A stretch of DNA of 64,000 nt from Fimbriimonas ginsengisoli Gsoil 348. Its GTDB lineage: Bacteria; Armatimonadota; Fimbriimonadia; Fimbriimonadales; Fimbriimonadaceae. Each line of letters starts with the position of its first letter. Within the stretch, counting starts at the first letter, position 1. Location: NCBI GenBank assembly GCA_945881865.1, contig CAMCVK010000012.1:1498-65497 (forward strand), in the 5' to 3' direction. Of the stretch, positions 19,895 to 30,100 are shown one piece after another. A program made the position numbers and the translations under genes. The notes under the pieces are model-generated. The model was not told the origin of the DNA, did not search any database, and saw nothing but the letters and a program-made list of their open reading frames with translations.

Positions 19895-21073
19895 ATGCCA
19901 ATTGCCCTTATTCCCGCCCTATTCTCGGTCGTGCCCATGTTCGCCGCCGAGTCCGTACCCGTCGCCATGAAGCTGGTCTCGTCTGGTGCAACCCAGAAGG
20001 CCGGCGGCTACCGCCCGATTCGGGCCGAATTCGCCGCCGAGGCCGGAATTACCGCTAAGCCGGCAAACCTCGGAAACCCGCAGTTCGGTGCGATCAAAGC
20101 CGGCGAAAAGTCGTTCGCGTTCATCGTGGACGAGCCGGAAGGTAAGCCAGCGACGCTCTACGTCGACGCGAACGCCGACGGCGACCTGACCAACGACCCG
20201 GCCGCCGAATGGAAGCCGCGAGTTAACGGCAACTCCACGATGTACTTTGGCAACGCGAAGATCGACATCGGCAAGGGCGAGCCGGTCGAGGTGAAGTTCT
20301 ACCGCTTCGATCCTAAAGACGCCCAGCGCGCCGCCCTCAAAAACACCCTGCTTTACTACTTCGACTACGGCTATGAGCTGACGCTCGTGCTCGACAAGAA
20401 GCCGTTCACGACGTTCATCGCCGGAGAGCCGAGTGCCGAAACGTCGCTGACGATCGACCGAGACGGAAACGGCAAGATCAGCTACAGCAAAGAGACCGTC
20501 GCCGTCGGCAAGCCGTTTAACTTCACGGGAACGACCTACGAACTCGTGGTCGCCAACGGAACGCTGGCCCTAGGCAAGTCCGACAAGAAGCTGCCCAAGG
20601 CACCGCTTCCGCCGGACCTAGCCATCGGCAAAAAGGCGCTCAAGTTCGACTCGCCGACTCTCGAAGGCGGAAAGGTCTCCTTCCCGCGCGACTACAAGGG
20701 CAAACTCGTAATGCTCGACTTCTGGGCGACCTGGTGCGGACCCTGCATCGCCGAGCTCCCGAACGTCAAGGCCGCCTACGCGAAGTGGCACAAGGAAGGC
20801 TTCGACATTCTCGGCATCAGCTTCGACCAGAAAGACATGACCGCGAAGCTGAAGGATTTCACGACGAAGGAAGGCATGCCTTGGCGACACATCTACGAAG
20901 GGAAGTTCTGGAACACCACGATCGGCGAGATGTACGACGTCAGCGGTATTCCGTTCGTGCTCTTGGTGGACGGCGACACCGGTGAGATTCTTGCCGACGC
21001 GGAGAAGCTTCGCGGCCCCGGCATCACAGACTTCATCGGCGAGCAGCTGAAGAAAAAGAAAGCCAAGCGCTGA
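19895..21073 (+). CDS. Secreted TlpA-like thioredoxin/disulfide reductase with N-terminal extension
   Basis: MLDFWATWCGPC, ILGISFD, GIPFVLLVD, and a signal peptide. Confidence 0.88.
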   Translation: MPIALIPALFSVVPMFAAESVPVAMKLVSSGATQKAGGYRPIRAEFAAEAGITAKPANLGNPQFGAIKAGEKSFAFIVDEPEGKPATLYVDANADGDLTNDPAAEWKPRVNGNSTMYFGNAKIDIGKGEPVEVKFYRFDPKDAQRAALKNTLLYYFDYGYELTLVLDKKPFTTFIAGEPSAETSLTIDRDGNGKISYSKETVAVGKPFNFTGTTYELVVANGTLALGKSDKKLPKAPLPPDLAIGKKALKFDSPTLEGGKVSFPRDYKGKLVMLDFWATWCGPCIAELPNVKAAYAKWHKEGFDILGISFDQKDMTAKLKDFTTKEGMPWRHIYEGKFWNTTIGEMYDVSGIPFVLLVDGDTGEILADAEKLRGPGITDFIGEQLKKKKAKR

Positions 21074-21074
21074 T

Positions 21075-21650
21075 CTAGTCCACCAAAACGCGCTCTATCC
21101 GCTTGTCCGGATAGAGCCAAATCAACGCGACGACAAAGTACAGCACGCAACTGACGGCGGGGAAGGCAAGCGCCGTCGGGATTGCGACGAGATAGATGCC
21201 AAGGGAAAGATTTCCCTTGGCATCTTTGCCGATGGCCTTGGCCAAAGCGGAGTCTTTTCCGTGGTTATGAATTAGGACCTGCGTGAGGATCGCGTAGGCG
21301 ACGCCCGCCATCAGGAGCACCGCGCCGTAGCACGCCACCGGCACGGGCGCAAAATTGTTTTCGCCCATCTAGGCCGTGACGGTCGGGACGATGGAAAGCC
21401 AGAACAGAAGGTGAAGGTTGGCCCACAGCGTGCCGCCGCGTATGTGCCGAACGGCTTGGAACATGTGGTGGTGGTTGTTCCAGTAAATGCCCACGTAAAT
21501 GAAGCTCAGGACGTAACTGACAAAAATTGGAATCAGCGGCCGCAGAGTTTCCAGAGTTGCCCCGTGGGGAATCTTAATCTCCAGCACCATGATCGTGATG
21601 ATGATGGCAAGCACGCCGTCGCTAAACGCCTCGATTCGCCCTTTCGTCAT
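21075..21650 (-). pseudogene. TMEM175-family K+ channel interrupted by in-frame TAG at 21369-21371
   Basis: RIEAFSDGVLAIIITIMVLE, YWNNHH, then TA-(TAG)-MGEN where the family has TAWMGEN. Both halves are in the same frame. Confidence 0.85.
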
Positions 21651-21684
21651 GGGCGAGATTGTAACCGGAATTTTCCGACTTGGC

Positions 21685-21716
21685 TTGACTTAGAGCGCGC
21701 TCTAAGTAAGTAGATT
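21685..21716 (+). promoter_or_regulatory. MerR-type long-spacer promoter with palindromic operator
   Basis: TTGACT, then the perfect 20-bp palindrome ACTTAGAGCGCGCTCTAAGT (21688-21707), then TAGATT after a 20-nt spacer. Confidence 0.8.
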
Positions 21717-21723
21717 AGTCGTA

Positions 21724-22188
21724 ATGAACGTTCAGGAGGAAGCGGGATTGTCAATCGCGGAAGCCGCGTCGGTTACGGGCCTGTCGGCACACACGCTCCG
21801 CTACTACGAGCGGGCCGGGCTGTTGCCTTCGATCTCGCGAAACCAGGGCGGGCACCGGCGATACCTGGCGCAAGACCTCAATTTGCTGATCTTCCTGACC
21901 CGGCTTCGAATGACCGGAATGCCGATTCATCAGGTTCGGGAGTACGCAACGCTGGCCCGTACCGGTGAGTCAACGACATTGGAGCGAAAAGCACTTCTCG
22001 AACGGCATCGGGAAAACGTCTGCCGCCGGATCGGTGAGCTGGAGCGGAACTTGGCCGTGCTGGACTTCAAAATTGGGCTTTACGCAAGCGGCTGGGCACC
22101 CATCGGCAGCCACGACCCGCAGCTCACCGAACTGAAGAGACTTTGTACGGAAATCGACTTGCAGGAAGGGAACGGAGAAACATCATGA
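21724..22188 (+). CDS. MerR family transcriptional regulator (AdhR-like)
   Basis: LSIAEAASVTGLSAHTLRYYERAGLL...GHRRY...LRMTGMPI. Confidence 0.92.
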   Translation: MNVQEEAGLSIAEAASVTGLSAHTLRYYERAGLLPSISRNQGGHRRYLAQDLNLLIFLTRLRMTGMPIHQVREYATLARTGESTTLERKALLERHRENVCRRIGELERNLAVLDFKIGLYASGWAPIGSHDPQLTELKRLCTEIDLQEGNGETS

Positions 22189-23186
22189 CAAAACGAACCA
22201 TCGGAAATGACGAAGTAGGCGCCATCGGCCTCGGTTGCATGGGAATGTCCTATGCCTACGGACCCGCCGACGAAGCGGAATCCGTCTCGGTTCTGCGGCG
22301 GGCGCTGGAACTTGGCGTAAACCATTGGGACACCGCCGACATGTACGGCTCGGGCGCTAACGAGATCTTGCTCGCAAAGGTCTTGAAGGACCACCGCGAC
22401 GAGGTGTTCTTGGCGACGAAGTTTGCCAATGTCTACGACCGAACGCTGACGAGCCACCAAGATCTGGTTGCCGGTAACGCCGGTTGGATCGTCGACGGTA
22501 CGCCGGAATACGTGCACCGCGCGTTCGAAGTGTCGGCCCAGCGGCTTGGCGTGGACCACGTCGACCTTTACTACCAGCACCGCGTGGACGACCGGGTTGC
22601 CATCGAGGAAACCGTCGGCGCGATGGCCGAACTGGTTGCGGCCGGAAAGGTCCGCTATCTTGGCCTGAGTGAAGTCTCGGCGGAATCGATTCGTCGCGCC
22701 CATGCCGTTCACCCGATTGCGGCCGTGCAGTGCGAACTTTCGCTCTGGACGCGCGACTTTGTCGAAGACGTCGTCCCCGTTTGCGACGAACTGGGAATCA
22801 CTTTCGTGCCGTACTCGCCGCTCGGCCGTGGCTTCTTAACCGGCCAGATCAAGAGCATCGACGACCTTCCGGAAGACGACTGGCGACGGTCAAATCCGCG
22901 CTTCCAGGGCGATGCGTTTGCGAAGAACTTCGAAATCGTGGAGCAGGTGAAGCTCATCGCCGCCGCGCACGATGCCACTCCGGCTCAGGTCGCTCTGGCT
23001 TGGGTGCTGGCGCTTTCGCCGGGCTTCGCGCCGATTCCCGGTACCAAGCGCGTGAAGTATCTGGAGGAGAATGCGGCGGCCGCCGATCTCGAGCTCACGC
23101 CGACCGAGATCGAAACGCTGACCGCGATCGAGCCCCCGGTTGGCAGCCGCTATCCGGCTGCGTTCGCGGGCTTCCTCAAGCGCTAA
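22185..23186 (+). CDS. Aldo/keto reductase
   Basis: IGLGCMGMS, WDTADMYG, LATKF, YYQHRVD, VPYSPLGRG, PIPGTKR. ATGA overlap with merR. Confidence 0.95.
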   Translation: MTKRTIGNDEVGAIGLGCMGMSYAYGPADEAESVSVLRRALELGVNHWDTADMYGSGANEILLAKVLKDHRDEVFLATKFANVYDRTLTSHQDLVAGNAGWIVDGTPEYVHRAFEVSAQRLGVDHVDLYYQHRVDDRVAIEETVGAMAELVAAGKVRYLGLSEVSAESIRRAHAVHPIAAVQCELSLWTRDFVEDVVPVCDELGITFVPYSPLGRGFLTGQIKSIDDLPEDDWRRSNPRFQGDAFAKNFEIVEQVKLIAAAHDATPAQVALAWVLALSPGFAPIPGTKRVKYLEENAAAADLELTPTEIETLTAIEPPVGSRYPAAFAGFLKR

Positions 23187-24424
23187 CCCGCCGTCGGGTC
23201 GTCGACCGTTCCGATGAAAACCGGGAGTCCCGACTCCCGGTGGAAGATGATGAAACCAAATGGCCGGTCGAGAACAAAGTCGATCCGTTGTCTCGGTTCG
23301 GGTGCCGCCGACTTCGACTCCACCGAAATTCCAGTTGCGGCGGCCGCTTTCGTGCCCGATTCGTCGACTTCGATGAACGTTTTCTGGACTGCCTGGCTCA
23401 CGTTGGTAAGGCTATCGGTCGGGTCCATCGGGGTGAAGTCCCCGCGGGTGAAGATTTTCTTCGCGCCCAGTCGCTGGATCGGTGGCTGTAGGTCGAAAGT
23501 ATTCGAGAACTTGAATTTGGGCAGGCCGAGGTTTACGTCAACGAGTTCGCCCGTCAACATCGCCGCTTCCCAGTCTTTCAGCTCAAACTTCCGAATCTCC
23601 GCGGTGGGCGAAGCTTCCTTCGGAAACCGTAGGAGCGCCATCGCGTAGACCTGGCCAACGTAGCCGAGATGCAGGACGTCAAACTTCGGGGTTGATTTGT
23701 AGGCGAGTTCCATCTCCGCAAACATCATCGGGACGTCTTTCTCCCCCTTTTGATTGGTGAACGGAGTCGGTCGGGTCTGGCTCGCTTCGAACTCCTTTTG
23801 CCACTTTCCTTCGAAGGCGATGGCGTTCACCAAGACCAGTCGGTCGTCCGGCTTAAAGGACTCGAAGAGCACCGGAATCATGTGTCGCGTCTTCTGTTTC
23901 ACCCAGCCGTTGACCAAAGCGACGGCTGCCGCGTTGTCTTCCGGAAGCGCGGCTGTTTCGGCGAGATAGCCCGACGTGAGGCGGCCGATGTACTTGCTGG
24001 TGATCTCCGGCGGCGTCCGCCAAAACAGTCCGTTGGCGATGCTCAGAGAGCCGTCCTCCTGGAGGACTCGGGTTGCGGCGGAGGCTTCTTTCGTCAGTGT
24101 CGCGGACGATGTGCTCGAAAGTGCGCCCAAAAGCTCCTTTTGGGTGGTGCCCGCCGTGCCCTCGGCGAGCATGCCAAACGCCAACTGCGCACTCAGCGGA
24201 GAAACCAGCGAGTTCACATCGGTTTCGGGAAGGACTTCGGCACAGTATCGTCGGGTGAAGGCGAGGGCAGAATCGGAAAACTTGGCTGCCTCGATCTTCT
24301 CGCCGGGGGTTGGCATCGGCACCGAGCTGCGCGCTTGGTTCGAGGAGCTCGGCGTGCACGCGGCGACAACCAGCGCGGCGAGAACGATGGCAAGCGAAGA
24401 CTCGAGGCGGGGTGCGTTTGGCAT
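23183..24424 (-). CDS. Serpin (serine protease inhibitor), lipoprotein
   Basis: Lipobox VVAA-C, LVSPLS, LVLVNAIAFEGKW, LPKF, hinge VDESGTKAAAATG, F.LDRPF. Confidence 0.92.
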   Translation of the reverse strand: MPNAPRLESSLAIVLAALVVAACTPSSSNQARSSVPMPTPGEKIEAAKFSDSALAFTRRYCAEVLPETDVNSLVSPLSAQLAFGMLAEGTAGTTQKELLGALSSTSSATLTKEASAATRVLQEDGSLSIANGLFWRTPPEITSKYIGRLTSGYLAETAALPEDNAAAVALVNGWVKQKTRHMIPVLFESFKPDDRLVLVNAIAFEGKWQKEFEASQTRPTPFTNQKGEKDVPMMFAEMELAYKSTPKFDVLHLGYVGQVYAMALLRFPKEASPTAEIRKFELKDWEAAMLTGELVDVNLGLPKFKFSNTFDLQPPIQRLGAKKIFTRGDFTPMDPTDSLTNVSQAVQKTFIEVDESGTKAAAATGISVESKSAAPEPRQRIDFVLDRPFGFIIFHRESGLPVFIGTVDDPTAG

Positions 24425-24523
24425 TACAGTTAGGTGTGCGGTCGTACCCGATTCGTTCAAAGAGTGTTGCACTGTTTCCGGGAATGGGACCTATAGAATT
24501 CTTGCCTCCGGTAAACTGAGAGG

Positions 24524-25780
24524 ATGCCCGTAGAGATCCTGATGCCGGAGCTCGGCGAATCTGTTCATGAAGGAACCGTGAGCCGCTGGCTGAAGAAAGA
24601 AGGTGATTTCGTCAAAGAGGACGAGCCCGTAGTTGAGATTACGACCGACAAGGTGAATACGGAGCTTCCGTCGCCGGCCTCTGGCATTCTCACGAAGATT
24701 TTGATTCCCGAGGGTGGCCTTGTGGAGGTTTTCAAGGCGATGGGCATTATCGACGCCGAGGGAGCCGCAACTGCGAAAACCCCCGAACCTGCCGTACCGG
24801 TGGCCGAAGCGGTCGCTACCGAAACTCCGATGCCCGTCGGCGATCTGACGCTCCATACGGGCGAGCATAAGTTTTACACCCCGGTGGTTCGGGCCATGGC
24901 AAAGGACAACAATGTCTCCGAAGCCGACTTGAACGCGATCGCCGGAACTGGCGAAGGTGGCCGCGTCACGAAGAAAGACGTTCAGGCATTTATCGCCGCC
25001 CGCGCGGTTGGGTCGACGGTCGCGGTTCCCGCCCCCGCACCGGTCGCCGCAAAGCCGGTGGTTGCATCGGTTGCCGGACCAGACCAGGAACTCACTCCGC
25101 TGGTCGGCATGCGAAAGATGATCGCCGACGCCATGATTCGCGCGTCGCAGATTCCAACCGTCTCGACCGTCACCGCCGTTGACGTCACCCACATGGTGAA
25201 GTTCCGCGAGATCAACAAGGAATCGTTCCTTGAGACCCACGGAGTTAAGCTCACCTACACACCGTTCTTCATTAAGGCTCTTGCCGAGACATTGGTCGAC
25301 TTCCCGCTGGTGAACGCGCAGCTGACGCCGGACAACCAGATTCTGAAGACAAAGGGAATCCACATTGGCGTTGCCGTCGCGCTTGGCGCGAAGGGCGACG
25401 AAGGGCTGATCGTTCCGGTCATCCGAGACTGCCATACGAAGACGCTGATTCAGGTTGCGAAGGACCTCGACGCCATCGCAAAGAAAGCCCGTGCGAACAA
25501 GCTCGGCGTCGCAGACGTGCAGGGCGGAACTTTCACCCTGACGAACCCAGGCACCTACGGAGCCTTGTTTGGAACACCGATGATCAACGCGCCGCAGTCG
25601 GCAATTCTGGGCGCTTACGCGATCCAGAAGCAGCCGGTGATCGTGGACGACATGATCGCGATCCGTTCCATCATGCACCTGGTCCTCACCTACGACCACC
25701 GCCTCATCGACGGCATGCTGGCCGGCAAGTTCCTTGCCGCGGTGCGCGATCGACTGCAGAACTTCGACTTCTTTAAGTAA
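24524..25780 (+). CDS. 2-oxoacid dehydrogenase E2 dihydrolipoamide acyltransferase
   Basis: Lipoyl domain (ITTDKVNTELPSP), E3-binding GTGEGGRVTKKD, catalytic YDHRLIDG. Confidence 0.93.
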   Translation: MPVEILMPELGESVHEGTVSRWLKKEGDFVKEDEPVVEITTDKVNTELPSPASGILTKILIPEGGLVEVFKAMGIIDAEGAATAKTPEPAVPVAEAVATETPMPVGDLTLHTGEHKFYTPVVRAMAKDNNVSEADLNAIAGTGEGGRVTKKDVQAFIAARAVGSTVAVPAPAPVAAKPVVASVAGPDQELTPLVGMRKMIADAMIRASQIPTVSTVTAVDVTHMVKFREINKESFLETHGVKLTYTPFFIKALAETLVDFPLVNAQLTPDNQILKTKGIHIGVAVALGAKGDEGLIVPVIRDCHTKTLIQVAKDLDAIAKKARANKLGVADVQGGTFTLTNPGTYGALFGTPMINAPQSAILGAYAIQKQPVIVDDMIAIRSIMHLVLTYDHRLIDGMLAGKFLAAVRDRLQNFDFFK

Positions 25781-26619
25781 TGCCGGAACTCCCGGAGGTC
25801 GAATCGGTCTGCCGCCTCATGCGGCGGGTCTTGGTTGGTCAGCCGATTCGCGCGGTGGAGATCGTCGAGGACAACATCGTGTTCGCGGGAGCCCCCCGCG
25901 AAGCGTTCGTCGCGTCACTCGATGGGGCGACGGTGCAAGCCGTCGGTCGGAGGGGCAAATTCTGGTGGCTGGAGCTGGACCGCAAGCCGATGGTATTTGG
26001 CCACCTCGGCATGAACGGCTGGATCCGCGAGCTTGGCAAAGATTCGATGCGACTTCACTCGCACGGCGAAGCTCCGCTCGATGACGAAGCCGGCCGCCCC
26101 CGGTTCATGAAGTGGCGTTTGGAAACCGATCTCGGCGCGGTTGCGATGACGGATAGCCGTCGATTTGCGCGAGTCTGGTTGGGTGACTCACCGGAAACGG
26201 ACAAGCAGGTCCTGAGGCTCGGGCCGGATGCGTTCACCGACCTGCCTTCCGTTGCCGTCTTTTCAGAGCTGGTTAGAAAAAGGAAGACACCGATCAAGGC
26301 CCTTTTACTTAACCAGTCTTTTCTAGCCGGAATCGGGAATTGGATCGCCGACGAGACGCTGTTTCACGCCGGGATTCGGCCCTCGCGGTTAGCGAGTGAC
26401 TTGTCCGCGGAGGAATCTGCCCGGCTGCACGATTCGATTCGGATGGTACTCGCGTTGGCCGTTTCCGTAGACGCCAACTACCAAAAGTTTCCCGACAACT
26501 GGCTGTTCCACTTCCGCTGGGGTGGCGGGAAAGGGAAGGACCTCATCGAGGGCGATGAGATCCTTCGGGAAACCGTGGGTGGCCGGACGACCGCGTGGGT
26601 CCCCTCCCGCCAACGGTAG
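25780..26619 (+). CDS. mutM: Formamidopyrimidine-DNA glycosylase (Fpg/Nei)
   Basis: MPELPEVE, HLGMNG, LGPDA, AGIGNWIADE, zinc-less C-terminus GGRTTAWVP. Confidence 0.92.
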   Translation: MPELPEVESVCRLMRRVLVGQPIRAVEIVEDNIVFAGAPREAFVASLDGATVQAVGRRGKFWWLELDRKPMVFGHLGMNGWIRELGKDSMRLHSHGEAPLDDEAGRPRFMKWRLETDLGAVAMTDSRRFARVWLGDSPETDKQVLRLGPDAFTDLPSVAVFSELVRKRKTPIKALLLNQSFLAGIGNWIADETLFHAGIRPSRLASDLSAEESARLHDSIRMVLALAVSVDANYQKFPDNWLFHFRWGGGKGKDLIEGDEILRETVGGRTTAWVPSRQR

Positions 26620-26620
26620 G

Positions 26621-28108
26621 TTACTTAGCCGGGACGAGGCGAATGATCTTGTCCGGCTGGTTCAGCGCGACATAGACGAAGCCGTCCGGGCCGACCGTGA
26701 CCTCGCGAACGCGTCCCATGCCGTAGACAATCTCCTCGCGCTCGACGAGCTGGCTATCCTTCACGCGGATGCGATCCACGTTCTGACCGCTTAGGCCGCC
26801 GGCAACCAGGTCGCCCTTCCAACCGGGGAACGCGGAACCCTTAACCGTGTCGAGTCCGCAAGCGCCAATCGAAGGCAACCAGCGGAACGCCGGGCCGTTA
26901 ACGTTCTCGTTAGGCTTGGGGAACGGAGTCGCGATCGGGGAATCGTTATAGTTGATGCCGTGCCCAACGTTTGGCCAGCCGTAGTTGGCGCCCTTCACCA
27001 CGAGATTCAGCTCATCGCCGCCGCGCGGCGCGTGCTCGGTATCCCACAGGCCGCCCTGCAGATCGAACGTGAGCCCTTGCGGGTTTCGGTGGCCATAGGA
27101 CCAAATCTGCGGGATCACGCCCTTCGCCTTGTCGGCGTCTGAAACAAATGGGTTGTCCTTCGGGATCGAACCATCCTCATTCACGCGATAAATCTTGCCG
27201 TTTGGTCGGGTGAGGTCAGGTGCCTTCGCCTGGTCGCCCCGATCGCCGATGCCAAAGAAGATGTGTCCCTTCTGGTCGAAGACGATGCGTGTGCCAAAGT
27301 GGACGCCGGAGCCAGTAAAAGTGTTGGGGGCGCATTCGAAAATCGTCTGTTCGTCCGTCCACACGGCGTTGTCACCGCTAAACTTCAGCTTGCCGCGAAC
27401 GATCTTCGTCATTCCGGAGCGCGGGTTCATCTTCGACGGCTCGGTAAAGCCAAGATAGACCCAGCCATTCTTGCGGTAATCCGGGTGAACGGCAACCTCC
27501 ATCAGGCCACCTTGGCCGATTTCCCGCGACTCTGGGATGCCCGTGACATCGCCAACGGCTTTTCCATTTCGAACCGTGCTGAGCTTGCCCGACCGGTTGG
27601 TGACGAGCATCAGGCCATTCGGCAGCCAGTCGATCGCCCACGGCGTTCGCAGACCCTGGTCTGTGTCAACAACCGTCTCGATTCGGTAGCTCGCTCGCTG
27701 GGAGGCGTAAACGCCGTTGGTCTCTTTCGGTCCGCCGCTCTCGGCACGGAGGAAGCCCGCCTGCATTTCGCGGATGTGGACCACCAAGCCCCACATTTCC
27801 GCCTCGGTCAAAGTTTCACCGTACGCCTCCATCCCCATGTCCTTCACGCCGTTCTTGATGGCGTCGAAGTACGGCCGGTCGTTCTTTTGGTCGAAACCTG
27901 CTCGGGTGAGGAGGGTTTTCGTTCCGGCACCGCCGCCCTGGCCGTTTGCCCCGTGGCACTTGGCGCACGTTTCGTTGTACAGCTTCGACATATTCGAAGC
28001 TTGGCCAAGTGCGGTGGAACGAGGCGAGGCGGTTTCGGCGGCTGGCATCGGCGACATACAGGCCACCGCGAGCACCGTTCCACCAAAAATGAGTCCGTAG
28101 CGAAGCAT
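26621..28108 (-). CDS. PQQ-dependent sugar dehydrogenase with N-terminal cytochrome c
   Basis: CAKCH heme motif, GQGGLMEVAVHP, SYGHRNPQG, EHAPRGGDELN, NYGWP. Confidence 0.9.
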   Translation of the reverse strand: MLRYGLIFGGTVLAVACMSPMPAAETASPRSTALGQASNMSKLYNETCAKCHGANGQGGGAGTKTLLTRAGFDQKNDRPYFDAIKNGVKDMGMEAYGETLTEAEMWGLVVHIREMQAGFLRAESGGPKETNGVYASQRASYRIETVVDTDQGLRTPWAIDWLPNGLMLVTNRSGKLSTVRNGKAVGDVTGIPESREIGQGGLMEVAVHPDYRKNGWVYLGFTEPSKMNPRSGMTKIVRGKLKFSGDNAVWTDEQTIFECAPNTFTGSGVHFGTRIVFDQKGHIFFGIGDRGDQAKAPDLTRPNGKIYRVNEDGSIPKDNPFVSDADKAKGVIPQIWSYGHRNPQGLTFDLQGGLWDTEHAPRGGDELNLVVKGANYGWPNVGHGINYNDSPIATPFPKPNENVNGPAFRWLPSIGACGLDTVKGSAFPGWKGDLVAGGLSGQNVDRIRVKDSQLVEREEIVYGMGRVREVTVGPDGFVYVALNQPDKIIRLVPAK

Positions 28109-28176
28109 CGTACGGGCATGTTACCTAGCGAAAATTCTGGGAAGGCAACGGTTGTGGAGGATTCATACTGTTCCGG

Positions 28177-29274
28177 ATGCGGATCGCCTTTGTGTGCACC
28201 CACGCCGAGTCGCTGGGCGGTTCATACGTGCATGTCCGGGACGTCAGCACCGCCTTGATGGCCCGGGGCTACGTCGTCAAAGTGTTCATCGGCGGGACCG
28301 GGATTGTCACGGAGCAGCTTGAGAAGCGCGGAGTTCCGTATCAATCGCTGCAAAATCTCGCCCGTCCGATCTCACCCATTCGAGACATTGCCTCCGTGCT
28401 GGAGCTCAGTAGACACCTGCGGGCCTTCAGGCCAGATCTGATTTCCTGCCACAGCAGCAAAGCCGGAATCATCGGTCGGCTTGTAACATCTGGTGCGACA
28501 CCAAAGTTGTTCACTGCCCACGGCTGGGCGTTTGCGGATGGTGTCGGGCGCAAGGCTCGGCTCTACGAAAAGCTAGAACGCATGGTGGCACCACGCGCTC
28601 GGCGGATCATCACGGTCTGTGAAGCCGACCGTGACGATGCCATCCGCCGCCGCATCGCTCCTCGCGAACAATTTGTCACCATCTACAACGGAATGCCGGA
28701 GGCCAGTTTTCGCGCCGATGTTGGCCGGCAACCGCCGCGAATCATCTCGGTTGCTAGGTTAGATACTCAAAAAGATCATCCCACGCTTCTTCGCGCGCTG
28801 GCTGCGCTTAGGAACTTGGAATGGAGTCTTGTTCTTGTCGGAGATGGACCGCGCCGGTCCGAGTTGGAAACCCTCGCGGGCTCGCTCGGGATCTCCAACC
28901 GGGTGACCTTTTTAGGCGTATCGCAAACGGTGGGTGAGGAGCTTGCCGCCTCGCAGATCTTCTGCCTCAGCTCGAACTACGAGGGCTTTCCGCGCTCCAC
29001 GCTGGAAGCAATGCGAACCGGTCTGCCGGTAATCGTAACCGACGTTAACGGATGCAAGGAGGCACTCATCGAAGGGAAGACCGGATTCAGCGTGCCGCCA
29101 CGCGATGTCGAAAGCTTGGCCGAACGCCTTGGGATCCTCATCCAACGCCCCGATCTGCGCGTGGAGATGGGCCAGCGAGGACGCGAACTTTTCGTCGAGC
29201 GATTCACTTTTGAGCGAATGCTCGACGAAATGCTGGCACTTTACGAAGAGGTTCTAGGCGAGGAGCTTTCGTAG
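28177..29274 (+). CDS. GT4 glycosyltransferase
   Basis: HSSKAG, FTAHG, VARLDTQKD, SNYEGFPRSTLEAM. Confidence 0.92.
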   Translation: MRIAFVCTHAESLGGSYVHVRDVSTALMARGYVVKVFIGGTGIVTEQLEKRGVPYQSLQNLARPISPIRDIASVLELSRHLRAFRPDLISCHSSKAGIIGRLVTSGATPKLFTAHGWAFADGVGRKARLYEKLERMVAPRARRIITVCEADRDDAIRRRIAPREQFVTIYNGMPEASFRADVGRQPPRIISVARLDTQKDHPTLLRALAALRNLEWSLVLVGDGPRRSELETLAGSLGISNRVTFLGVSQTVGEELAASQIFCLSSNYEGFPRSTLEAMRTGLPVIVTDVNGCKEALIEGKTGFSVPPRDVESLAERLGILIQRPDLRVEMGQRGRELFVERFTFERMLDEMLALYEEVLGEELS

Positions 29275-30081
29275 CGAGTCGCCGGTTTCCTTCAACCGCG
29301 CTTCGTCGCTCTCCAGGCCCTTCAGGCGGCTGCTGAACGGCTCCGCGACCACCGGCCCTTCGTAGCCAATGTTGCGCAACGCGCTGATGAAGCCCGCAAG
29401 GTCGATGACGCCCGTCTCCAGAGGAAGACGGCGGTCGTTGTCCTGAAGGTCGGCAAGGGCGACGCCTTCCGGCGCATCGTTCACGTGCACGTAGACGATC
29501 TTGGATTCGGGAACGGCTTCGATGTCCTCGACCGTGCCTTCGGACGTGTGCCAGTGCCAGCAGTCGAGCAGCAGTCCGGCGTTCGGGCCAACGGCAGCGG
29601 CGAGCTCAAGCATTCCAGCGAGATCGTAAACAAACTCATACTTTCCGGCGGCGCGCAACGACGGCGTGCCGACGAATTCGAGTCCGAACCGAACGCCTTC
29701 TTCGGCAAGGATCGCCGCCAGCGGCGCCAATCGCGACACGTGAAACTCGAAGTTCTCGTCGAACGTGCGCGTGTCCGACATCGGAAGGATCCAGGTGGCG
29801 CATCGGTCGAGGCCGATGCTGGCCGCCGCCGCTGCCGACTTGCGTAGGTTCTCTAGGCTCTCGTCGCTCGGCGGAGTATCTTGCCGGAAATCCACCGGCA
29901 GGCCAAATCCGGCGGCTTTGATGCCGGCGTCGGTGAGCAGGGAAGGAGCTTCCGCGGCTTCTTGAAGGGCCTTCCCGCCAAGTTCAATTCCGGCGAAGCC
30001 GCCAACCTTTGCGGCGGCGAGGTGGGAAGCAAGATCGGAAACGGAGACTCCAATGGCTCCGGCGCTAAGGGCACTGTACAT
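29254..30081 (-). CDS. Sugar phosphate isomerase/epimerase (AP endonuclease 2 TIM barrel)
   Basis: GLEFVG, LLLDCWHW, VHVNDAP, G.IDL..F...L...GYEGPVVAEPF. Confidence 0.85.
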   Translation of the reverse strand: MYSALSAGAIGVSVSDLASHLAAAKVGGFAGIELGGKALQEAAEAPSLLTDAGIKAAGFGLPVDFRQDTPPSDESLENLRKSAAAAASIGLDRCATWILPMSDTRTFDENFEFHVSRLAPLAAILAEEGVRFGLEFVGTPSLRAAGKYEFVYDLAGMLELAAAVGPNAGLLLDCWHWHTSEGTVEDIEAVPESKIVYVHVNDAPEGVALADLQDNDRRLPLETGVIDLAGFISALRNIGYEGPVVAEPFSSRLKGLESDEARLKETGDSLRKLLA

Positions 30082-30100
30082 CGTTCGAACCTTACCGCAG

